IMG/VR virus record: IMGVR_UViG_3300045961_000035
Location: 1 to 54,307 of that record
Reading direction: 5' to 3' (one strand)
DNA: 54,307 bases
Source: a virus
Lineage: Duplodnaviria > Caudoviricetes
Positions 1-6,525 of this stretch are shown in pieces. The notes beneath the pieces are model-generated. The model was not told the DNA's origin. It saw only the letters and a list, made by a program, of their open reading frames with translations, and did not search any database. Position 1 is the first letter of the stretch; each line of letters begins with the position of its first letter. The translations under genes and the position numbers were made by a program.

Positions 1-161
1 ATCTCCTCTACTGACTCGAGCATCCACTCCTTCTCATCGGGCATGTAGTGGCGCTCCTCAATTACTTGAGTCAGTGAGTCAGCCCTGCGCACGAACACGC
101 AACGCTTGAGGTTCTTGTTGTTCAAGAACGTGGGTACATAGGTAAGTTTAAACTGCTTCAT
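1..161 (-). CDS. hypothetical early protein, truncated by window edge
   Basis: Manual translation MKQFKLTYVPTFLNNKNLKRCVF... stays open to position 1; start overlaps the end of the upstream small ORF. Confidence 0.6.
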   Translation of the reverse strand, partial: MKQFKLTYVPTFLNNKNLKRCVFVRRADSLTQVIEERHYMPDEKEWMLESVEE

Positions 162-276
162 TTGATTTTCTTTTTAACCATTGAACATACATCCTGGCGG
201 CAACGGCCGTGCGTTGCGGCTTGAATGGGTAGGTGCTTTGCAACCTCGCCATTGCGATTCTCATGAACTGATTCAT
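148..276 (-). CDS. small hypothetical protein (42 aa)
   Basis: Manual translation MNQFMRIAMARLQSTYPFKPQRTAVAARMYVQWLKRKSNEAV; TAATG coupling to the upstream gene. Confidence 0.6.
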   Translation of the reverse strand: MNQFMRIAMARLQSTYPFKPQRTAVAARMYVQWLKRKSNEAV

Positions 277-842
277 TACTTCTCGCCCTCGTAGTATTTG
301 TCCATCATCCATGGCTCATCCCACTTTTTAATAAACTGACCAACGCCACTCTTGATGTGGTACTCCTCACCAAAGCCCTGCTCTTCTTCCCAAATGTACT
401 CACAATCTTGGATGTCATTGAACAAGGACTCAAGGATGTGGTCAGCGAGCGGACTCCACGCCGACTCGTACTGAATCAGGATGGTGCCGTCGCCGTTGTC
501 ATCCACCTTCAGTTCGTTGTCGCCCCACTTGGTGCCCCAGTTTCTTACGGCCCAGTCGTACCAGTCGCGCGCGCCGTACTTCTCAATGAGCGCATCCACT
601 TGCGCTTGCGTTTGGTAGTGGTGAATTAATCGACCATCGTACTTCTCCTCGCTTGTGGTGCCATTGGCAACGCGCTCGGCGTACTCCTCCTCGCTCACTA
701 TATTATTAGGCGAATTGGTTTTTTGGATTTCCTCCGGCATCGGGAGGTAGTGACGGCAGACGCCGCCGTTCTCTTTGATTTTTGCCATCAAGTCAAGGTG
801 CTTGTCGCTTGTCTTGATGAAAGACCATACATAGTTTGGCAT
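276..842 (-). CDS. DUF1281/YubB(Api92)-like ferredoxin-fold protein
   Basis: Signature DWYDWAVRNWGTKW and YESAWSP motifs. Confidence 0.7.
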   Translation of the reverse strand: MPNYVWSFIKTSDKHLDLMAKIKENGGVCRHYLPMPEEIQKTNSPNNIVSEEEYAERVANGTTSEEKYDGRLIHHYQTQAQVDALIEKYGARDWYDWAVRNWGTKWGDNELKVDDNGDGTILIQYESAWSPLADHILESLFNDIQDCEYIWEEEQGFGEEYHIKSGVGQFIKKWDEPWMMDKYYEGEK

Positions 843-854
843 GATTGAAATGTT

Positions 855-1403
855 TTATTGATTCATGATATGCTTCAGTTTGGAGATGTACTCCGGGTCT
901 TCAGCATAGTACCCACTTAATAACTCAAGAAACTGCTCGTTGTTACGGCAGTGGTTGGCGTATGCGGCGCACCACATCGCGTAGTCAAGTACACTATCCT
1001 CCCAATTTTTATAGTAGGCGTGTCCATATTGAGTGCCGCGCGCAAGGTTCACTCGCGTCTTGGCCTCCTTCATGCCGAATAGGTTGTGGTTCTCTCTGAA
1101 AATGCGAGACCTAAACCCACTCGTTTCAAGTTTCGCTTGAGCCATAGCCACGTCAGCGAACCTCACGTTCAACTCATCCAATCGTGAGCGCAGTCGCTCC
1201 TCACTGAACTCGTTGCCCTTGATGCGAACCTCAAGGATTCGCTCGTGCTCACTCGCCTCCACTATATTAATAGAGAGCAGTGCAACGACGGCCATTGAGG
1301 CCGCCGCTACCTTAAACACTGACCTTCCTATTGGCAACTTGCTGTATGTCAGCGTCTTATCGTTGAAAGTATAGATGCTCATCAGTCCTCGTAGTCGTTC
1401 CAC
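855..1403 (-). CDS. GH73 glucosaminidase-family peptidoglycan hydrolase with N-terminal hydrophobic segment (start probably 1382)
   Basis: AQAKLETS..NHNLFGMK and YAEDPEYISKL motifs; hydrophobic VAAASMAVVALLSI segment. Confidence 0.8.
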   Translation of the reverse strand: MERLRGLMSIYTFNDKTLTYSKLPIGRSVFKVAAASMAVVALLSINIVEASEHERILEVRIKGNEFSEERLRSRLDELNVRFADVAMAQAKLETSGFRSRIFRENHNLFGMKEAKTRVNLARGTQYGHAYYKNWEDSVLDYAMWCAAYANHCRNNEQFLELLSGYYAEDPEYISKLKHIMNQ

Positions 1404-1612
1404 TCATCGAGAATCTCAAGCACCTCGACCTCGTTCTTGTCGGCCAAGGACAGAGGGCTAATCTCAAACTCCTCCGACGCATCGTTGAGGTGGTGTTCGG
1501 CCTCCTCAAGGATGTAGTCCTTGTCGTTGATGTAGTCGGTGTCGACTCGCAGTTTGATGAGGTAGGTCTTGGTCACTTGAACCACTACCTCGCTGATAGA
1601 TACGTCTTTCAT
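1382..1612 (-). CDS. acidic hypothetical protein
   Basis: 76-aa ORF translationally coupled within the operon; very Asp/Glu-rich. Confidence 0.7.
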   Translation of the reverse strand: MKDVSISEVVVQVTKTYLIKLRVDTDYINDKDYILEEAEHHLNDASEEFEISPLSLADKNEVEVLEILDEWNDYED

Positions 1613-1752
1613 AGTTGAATTGGATTAATGATTCGTGTGTTGTTCGGGCAACGCTTCATGTTCAGACGCTTACGCATCTTCTCGCGGGCTTCTGCCTCGG
1701 TGTTGGCCTTGATGACAAAGAGTCGGCCGGTAGCATACAAATAAAAGGTCAT
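1609..1752 (-). CDS. small hypothetical protein (47 aa)
   Basis: Manual translation MTFYLYATGRLFVIKANTEAEAREKMRKRLNMKRCPNNTRIINPIQL; ATGA overlap with the next gene. Confidence 0.7.
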   Translation of the reverse strand: MTFYLYATGRLFVIKANTEAEAREKMRKRLNMKRCPNNTRIINPIQL

Positions 1753-1784
1753 AATAGATTAGGGGATTTAAATTAAACTGAACG

Positions 1785-1840
1785 TTGAGGAGTGGAGGGA
1801 ATCGAACCCTCTCCGCCCTAATTCGGACACCATGCACTCC
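1785..1840 (-). ncRNA. D-armless tRNA-like element (acceptor stem, hairpin, T arm)
   Basis: Minus strand GGAGTG...TGTCC-GAATTA-GGGCG..GAGGG-TTCGATT-CCCTC-CACTCC-TCAA: canonical T arm stacked on a 6-bp acceptor-like stem, only 56 nt. Confidence 0.6.
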
Positions 1841-1848
1841 AATGACCA

Positions 1849-1880
1849 CAAATGTGGTGGAAACCAACCAATCCACCAAA
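1849..1880 (-). promoter_or_regulatory. Bacteroidota sigma-70-type promoter (TTTG-N20-CACATTTG)
   Basis: -33 TTTG at 1877-1880 and -7 box at 1849-1856; predicted start falls just before the tRNA-like element; overlapped by inverted repeat TGGTGGA/TCCACCA. Confidence 0.55.
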
Positions 1881-1882
1881 TT

Positions 1883-2413
1883 TTATTGGGTCAAAACCTC
1901 ACCATAATGACTCATGTAGGTCACGGCCGACTCGCGTGCCGCCTCCATACCATAGAATCCGTACTGACAATCAAGCACCTCGCCGTCATCATCAAGAATC
2001 TGAACGCCGTAGCACTCATTGTTTACCCACATAGTGTACTCGGCGACCTCTTGCTCCAGGATTTTCATGAGACGCTCGTTCAGTTTGTTGGTGATGTACT
2101 TACGGCCGAACTCCTTGAGCATGCGCTCCCTACTTAATACGGCGAAGCCAACACGTCCGCTATCCCATGAGCAACCGAACGACTTGATTGAAAACGACAA
2201 GCCGCTATGGTCGTACATGTGAATCGGAACGACCAACGCGTACCTTGGCTTCAGGTACGACGCCATGTCCTCCCATGAATCAAACGCCTCGGCACGGATG
2301 CCTAACTCGTTTGGTAGGTTGTATTTAGTGTGGTGGAACGTGAACTCAAACACGTTCTCTTGAGTCTCGCGCGGACTATCCGCGAAGACGTCATGTACAA
2401 TTTCAAATTTCAT
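1883..2413 (-). CDS. conserved phage hypothetical protein
   Basis: 176 aa with PIHMYDHSGLS..WDSGRVG and CQYGFYG motifs typical of phage early genes. Confidence 0.8.
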   Translation of the reverse strand: MKFEIVHDVFADSPRETQENVFEFTFHHTKYNLPNELGIRAEAFDSWEDMASYLKPRYALVVPIHMYDHSGLSFSIKSFGCSWDSGRVGFAVLSRERMLKEFGRKYITNKLNERLMKILEQEVAEYTMWVNNECYGVQILDDDGEVLDCQYGFYGMEAARESAVTYMSHYGEVLTQ

Positions 2414-2706
2414 TTTACATCAATTATTTTTCCATCCCAACGCTCTCCATTTAGGTACCAATACCAATCCTTTTGGTACACACTCACGCCATCAATGGCG
2501 TTGAGTCGTTCCTTGGTAGTGTTGCTGAACCATCCGGCGTTGGTCACCGACAAGGTGCGCTCGGGGTCATTGTACCTGTAGGCAATCGCGTTGCCGAACA
2601 AGTACATAATAGTTACGTTCTCAAGTACCTCCACTCTCGTGTTGGTTCGGTTGAACGGCCGCGCTTCCATGAATGCGCGAGCCGCGTCTTGGCTTATCTT
2701 TTTCAT
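2410..2706 (-). CDS. conserved phage hypothetical protein
   Basis: 98 aa, LFGNAIA..GWFSNTTKERLNAI motif; coupled overlap. Confidence 0.8.
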   Translation of the reverse strand: MKKISQDAARAFMEARPFNRTNTRVEVLENVTIMYLFGNAIAYRYNDPERTLSVTNAGWFSNTTKERLNAIDGVSVYQKDWYWYLNGERWDGKIIDVK

Positions 2707-3101
2707 AGCAGTTCGTGGTGTCCTAAAAAGTCAGCGATGCAGTCCATCTCACTCTTGGAGTCCACGTTGAACTCGCTATCAAGAAATTCAAAGTAGAGGA
2801 CGGACGCCCTCGCCCATAGTTCATCAAGGTCGTAGTCGCAGTCAAAGTACTGAAGTCGGTCGGCAATCATGAAGACGCCGTAGGCGTCCGCGTACTTTGC
2901 CGCGCACTCTTCGCGCTCGACCTTCTTAATCTCACTATGCGCGGCCGCAAGGTGGTCGCCGAGGTCGGCGGTCATGTCCTCTATAATAGAGAACGCAATC
3001 AACTTTTCACGGACGCTATAATCAACGGCCTCACCGAATGCTTCAACACATTTAACGTACTCGCCGTAGGCCGCGAGCATGGCCTTCATTTCTTGTTTCA
3101 T
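2703..3101 (-). CDS. hypothetical protein
   Basis: 132-aa ORF coupled within the operon. Confidence 0.75.
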   Translation of the reverse strand: MKQEMKAMLAAYGEYVKCVEAFGEAVDYSVREKLIAFSIIEDMTADLGDHLAAAHSEIKKVEREECAAKYADAYGVFMIADRLQYFDCDYDLDELWARASVLYFEFLDSEFNVDSKSEMDCIADFLGHHELL

Positions 3102-3103
3102 GA

Positions 3104-3418
3104 TTAAATAATTGAATTGTTTTTAACTACAATGCGGTTGCCTTCGCTTCCATCCCAATCTACGGCAATGCCGAACGACTCAAGGACTCTGACAATCTCA
3201 TGGCCGTTGCCCGACCACGATAGGTAGAGGTCATCACCTCGTTGGTAGTCGGCGTGGTCTTGGGCGTGAGAGAACACGGCGCGGTCGGCCTTCTCTTCTC
3301 TTATGGCCGCCCATCCGCACGACTGACAACACATGAAGTTCTGCTTGGCGAAGTACCCTCGGTTGCGCAGTTCCTTGAACGCCAACGATAGGTTGGTTGG
3401 TTTACGTTTCATTTTCAT
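3104..3418 (-). CDS. DUF6891-like protein
   Basis: AFKELRNRGYFAKQNFMCCQSCG and VDWDGS..RI motifs. Confidence 0.65.
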   Translation of the reverse strand: MKMKRKPTNLSLAFKELRNRGYFAKQNFMCCQSCGWAAIREEKADRAVFSHAQDHADYQRGDDLYLSWSGNGHEIVRVLESFGIAVDWDGSEGNRIVVKNNSII

Positions 3419-3420
3419 GA

Positions 3421-3645
3421 CTATCCTTGGTATTGTCCATGTTTAGCAGTGAACACGGCGGTCATGGCACTGATGCGCGCCTCCTCTTTGGTGTGGAACA
3501 GGTTGCCCCACGGCTCAAAGTCAAAGGAGTCGGACCACACGTACCACTTGCATTGGCCCTCGACCAACGCGCCCATGTACTTAATAGAGAACACGATGCC
3601 GTCAACGCCGGAGTGCTCTTGGTAGATTTTAAATTGTCGTTTCAT
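3421..3645 (-). CDS. hypothetical protein
   Basis: ORF-track 3421..3687; likely start at MKRQFKIY, downstream of the upstream gene's stop. Confidence 0.6.
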   Translation of the reverse strand: MKRQFKIYQEHSGVDGIVFSIKYMGALVEGQCKWYVWSDSFDFEPWGNLFHTKEEARISAMTAVFTAKHGQYQG

Positions 3646-3649
3646 GATT

Positions 3650-3880
3650 TTAATTTGTTTTGTATGGCTTCCAACCAAGAGATTCATCGCTTGTCAAATC
3701 GCAAGCAATCTCAATGTTGTTTAAGTTAGTCCAACATTCATCCGCCGTTTCGCTTGGGCGTTCAAAAAAATGCTTTTCAAGTTGTTCTTGGTAGATGAAC
3801 TTTCGGATTATGTCAAGGTCATCTTTCACCATAGCAAGTCGGTGCTTCAGTGATTCCACTTCGGTTATGTTATTTTTCAT
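3650..3880 (-). CDS. hypothetical protein
   Basis: 76-aa ORF with AT-rich leader. Confidence 0.65.
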   Translation of the reverse strand: MKNNITEVESLKHRLAMVKDDLDIIRKFIYQEQLEKHFFERPSETADECWTNLNNIEIACDLTSDESLGWKPYKTN

Positions 3881-3901
3881 AAGTAAAAAGAATTAGAAAT
3901 T

Positions 3902-3932
3902 AAAAAAAGAGAGGAGGTCATGCGACCTCCCC
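3902..3932 (-). terminator. intrinsic terminator after ardC
   Basis: GGGGAGGTC-GCAT-GACCTCCTC followed by TCTTTTTTT on the minus strand, overlapping the stop codon. Confidence 0.75.
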
Positions 3933-4841
3933 TACTATCATGTCAACCGCCTTACTGCTCTGCGTGAGGGCACTCACGATGGCCTTGCTCGGCGTCTCCT
4001 TAATCTTCTTACACCACCCCTGAATGTAGGCGAGGGAATTGTCTCCGCCGTCCTTTGGATTCAGTCCGGCGATACCGGATATCATCATTGAGCCGCTCTC
4101 CGCGACCAACTCCTCCATCGCGTACTGCTCACTGCCGAACACATCAAACTCAACCACGCCCTTGCGCTTGAGACGGCTATCGTGACCGGTGCTATGCACC
4201 AACTCATGGAACAAGGTCTTGTAGTAAGAGTCAGAGTCAACGAACTGCTCGACCTTGGGCATCTGAACGTAGTCCGACGCCGGTGAATAGTAGGCACTAT
4301 TGCCGCCGTGCTTGATGGCCGGCTTGCCGTCCCACGCCGCAATGATGCGCTCGGCCTCCTCAACCGGATTGAACTCTGCCGGCTCCACGACAACGGCTCC
4401 GCCACGCGGCGCAATGTCCGTGCATTGGGCTATATTAAAGACCTTGTACATCTTCAACGTGAAGTACTTCTTGATATCCTTGGGATTCTCGCCGGCACTA
4501 ATTGCGGCGGCCTCGCTCGGGTAGGTCTTCTTCGTGTCGGCGTTCCAATATCCGATGTACCAAAAGTAGATGTCGGTGGCCTTTTCGCCCTTGTTGACGC
4601 GGCCCTTCAATTCAGTCACCTGCTTGAACGTGAGCCACTCGTTGTAGTCGTAGCCGAACTCACGCATGGCCGCCGAAAGGAGCCACACGTTCATGCCGTT
4701 GTAGGCGCGGCCGCTGACGCGGTTGACCGGCCGCCAATCGGAGCCGTTGGTGGACTTCCATGGCTTGAACCACTGCAGGCCCTCGCGCTCAACTCCGGCG
4801 AGGATGGTCTCTTTTACTTGTTCGAAGATGTCTTGCTTCAT
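3918..4841 (-). CDS. ardC: ArdC-family antirestriction protein (ssDNA-binding domain plus zincin-like MPTase)
   Basis: WFKPW, YNGMN..L, WLTFKQ, VNKGEK, VFNIAQ, AYYSP..D, HELVHSTGH..RL.R and YAMEELVAE motifs. Confidence 0.9.
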   Translation of the reverse strand: MKQDIFEQVKETILAGVEREGLQWFKPWKSTNGSDWRPVNRVSGRAYNGMNVWLLSAAMREFGYDYNEWLTFKQVTELKGRVNKGEKATDIYFWYIGYWNADTKKTYPSEAAAISAGENPKDIKKYFTLKMYKVFNIAQCTDIAPRGGAVVVEPAEFNPVEEAERIIAAWDGKPAIKHGGNSAYYSPASDYVQMPKVEQFVDSDSYYKTLFHELVHSTGHDSRLKRKGVVEFDVFGSEQYAMEELVAESGSMMISGIAGLNPKDGGDNSLAYIQGWCKKIKETPSKAIVSALTQSSKAVDMIVGEVA

Positions 4842-4857
4842 GGGGGATTTAATAGTT

Positions 4858-4908
4858 GGTTACGACGCCTCGCGGCGTTTCGGGTACTGAACCCATCATC
4901 AGGCAACC
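4858..4908 (-). ncRNA. type I hammerhead ribozyme
   Basis: Minus strand GGTTGC-CTGATGA-T-GGGT(TCAGT)ACCC-GAAA-CGCC(GCGA)GGCG-TC-GTAACC: full core, three stems, GUC cleavage triplet (cut between 4864 and 4863). Confidence 0.88.
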
Positions 4909-5546
4909 TATTTGCGTGCTTTGAACCGCAGTTTGAGACCGGTGATGTTCTCCTCGGTGCCGTCCTCACGAACCAAGACCGGAGTCCACTCATCTTCCTT
5001 CACGAAGCCAATCTCCTTGAACTCAAAGCCGTCCTCGGCGAGGCCGTTGTAGACCATGAGCGGGGTCAGGCGTCCATATGTATTGACCACGTTCTCATTG
5101 TGGTCAAACTCAAAGTACTCGGGCTTGGTCTCGAACTTGTATCCGGCGTTCTTGAGGACGTCCTCCACCACCGGACGCTGACTTGGCGTGGCGGCCTTGA
5201 GCATTTTCTCGGCCATTTCGAGACTGACCACGGCGTGGTCGGCGAACGGCTTAATCATGTCGGCAATCTTACGCTTCCAATCGCTGCAAGCCACGTCGTA
5301 GATGCGCTTAAGTTCAGCCGCCGGAACGATGTATTCAGAGCCGCCGAAGAGCGGCTTGAGGTCAGAGTCAGATTTGCCGATGTACCATAAGTTCTCGAGG
5401 TCATCATCCGACCAACCACCGAACTCGGGGTCATCGAATTGTACTTTGTAGTCTCCGTCTCGGTCTACGTTTACAATAGTTCCGGTAAAATCTTTGCCGT
5501 TGAAAGTGTAGAGGACGCGGTCGTTGAGTTTGAATGAAGTGTTCAT
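4908..5546 (-). CDS. hypothetical protein with N-terminal KOW/SH3-like beta domain; flanked by ribozymes
   Basis: 212 aa; FKLNDRV..GTIVNVD..YKVQFD; first gene of the early operon. Confidence 0.8.
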   Translation of the reverse strand: MNTSFKLNDRVLYTFNGKDFTGTIVNVDRDGDYKVQFDDPEFGGWSDDDLENLWYIGKSDSDLKPLFGGSEYIVPAAELKRIYDVACSDWKRKIADMIKPFADHAVVSLEMAEKMLKAATPSQRPVVEDVLKNAGYKFETKPEYFEFDHNENVVNTYGRLTPLMVYNGLAEDGFEFKEIGFVKEDEWTPVLVREDGTEENITGLKLRFKARK

Positions 5547-5571
5547 GAGTAAAATTAAATTAGGGGTTTTA

Positions 5572-5638
5572 TTTCCGCTCTGCGCTCACCGGACTATCCG
5601 GTGCCTACCCTTGCGAAGTAGGAATGGCGCATTAGAAA
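5572..5638 (-). ncRNA. twister ribozyme (P1 type with P5)
   Basis: Minus strand TTTC-TAA-TGC-G-CC-ATT-CCTAC(TTCGCAAGG)GTAGG-CACCGG(ATAGT)CCGGTG-AGC-GCA-GA-GCG-GAAA: P1, P2, P4, P5 and both pseudoknots (CGC/GCG, CC/GG) can form; cut U/A at 5634/5633. Confidence 0.82.
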
Positions 5639-5660
5639 GGAAGCGCAATACTGCGCCTCC
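5639..5660 (-). terminator. strong hairpin with weak U tail directly 5' of the twister
   Basis: GGAGGCGCA-GTAT-TGCGCTTCC followed by TTTCT. Confidence 0.45.
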
Positions 5661-6132
5661 CTCCCCAATTTTGTTTTTGTCGTTGGTCTACTTTGGTCGG
5701 GCGTTTGATATCGTTGGCATCGGTCTCGGTTTCGGGCTTCGGGCATTCCGTGGTCGGTCTGCTCTCGCCGGTTGTCGGCCTACATGAGGACTCGCGTCCT
5801 CACTCCCTCGTCTGCTTATTTTTTCTGCGCCTCTTCGGTTTTGACTGCATCCCCGCCGTACTATTCCGCAATTCCTCGCATCTTGGCCTACCTTTCGCTT
5901 CCCCTTGCGCCGTGGCGTCATTGTCTTGGCATTGTGTTGGACTCACCTACACTGCCTCCGTTTGGGGTTGGTACTTCTCTTGGCCTACTTGCGCTCACCT
6001 TGTGGCGTCGTGGCGTCGGGTTATGTGAAAGAACGTTGCAGGGATGTGGGGCGCAACCTAATCCGCCTCGTTGGGCGGCCTCCGGTCGGTTGGGCGAAGT
6101 CACATATGCAGAAGAACGTTGTCCCGTTGGAA
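5661..6132 (-). ncRNA. long non-coding early leader with periodic GTAGRCCRA repeats and boxA-like motifs
   Basis: No plausible ORF; U-poor; motif copies at 5683, 5775, 5883 and 5980; GNRA-capped hairpin TGAGGAC-GCGA-GTCCTCA. Confidence 0.5.
6022..6120 (-). promoter_or_regulatory. two boxA-like antitermination motifs
   Basis: AACGTTCTTCTGCATA (6105-6120) and AACGTTCTTTCACATA (6022-6037) resemble the rrn/nut boxA GYTCTTTnACA. Confidence 0.55.
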
Positions 6133-6137
6133 CGATG

Positions 6138-6168
6138 CAAACATGGGCAGAGGAAAAAATGAATCAAC
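6138..6168 (-). promoter_or_regulatory. early leftward promoter (GTTG-N19-CATGTTTG)
   Basis: Near-consensus Bacteroidota -33/-7 boxes immediately upstream of the first boxA-like motif. Confidence 0.55.
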
Positions 6169-6259
6169 TATTGCATATGAACTTTTTTTGATTCTGTAGC
6201 ACTGACGCGGGTTTCCGAGCGAAACTTTTTGATATGTGTGTTACAACATGTATGTATGA

Positions 6260-6525
6260 ATGGGTTAGTTTGCTGATTGTCAGACGTTTACGTTAACTCT
6301 TTAAGAGTCAACGAATTAGTAATCCATATTGATTCTAAATAAGTAAGTGTGCTGATAATCAAGCAATTGCAATGTGCTGATAATCAATGGATTGTCAGAT
6401 TTTGGTGGGTACACGTCGTGTACCTATCTATTTGGACAGAATCTAAATAGTGTAACTAACTGATATTCAGCATGTTCCATTGGATGAGATTGTTGTTGGG
6501 TCTTTTGTAACTGATTGAAAACGAG
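6260..6525. promoter_or_regulatory. cluster of IHF-like sites plus a Fur-box-like palindrome
   Basis: AATCAAGCAATTG and AATCAATGGATTG match WATCAANNNNTTR, with several near matches; palindrome CTATTTGGA-N5-TCTAAATAG at 6428-6450. Confidence 0.5.

Noticed and set aside
1785-1811. attP site from a tRNA 3' end
   Set aside because: No integrase in the window, and the element includes a matching 5' acceptor strand and its own promoter; cannot be fully excluded because the genome is partial.
1670-1879. 69-aa ORF from the ORF track
   Set aside because: Runs through the promoter and tRNA-like element; the 1609-1752 frame is coupled and more protein-like.
4308-5390. 360-aa plus-strand ORF
   Set aside because: Antisense shadow of ardC and the 212-aa gene; crosses the hammerhead; no recognisable motifs.
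5524-6191. Several 60-139 aa ORFs in the early leader
   Set aside because: Arg/Pro-rich or antisense, atypical codons, no AT-rich initiation region; better explained as structured RNA.
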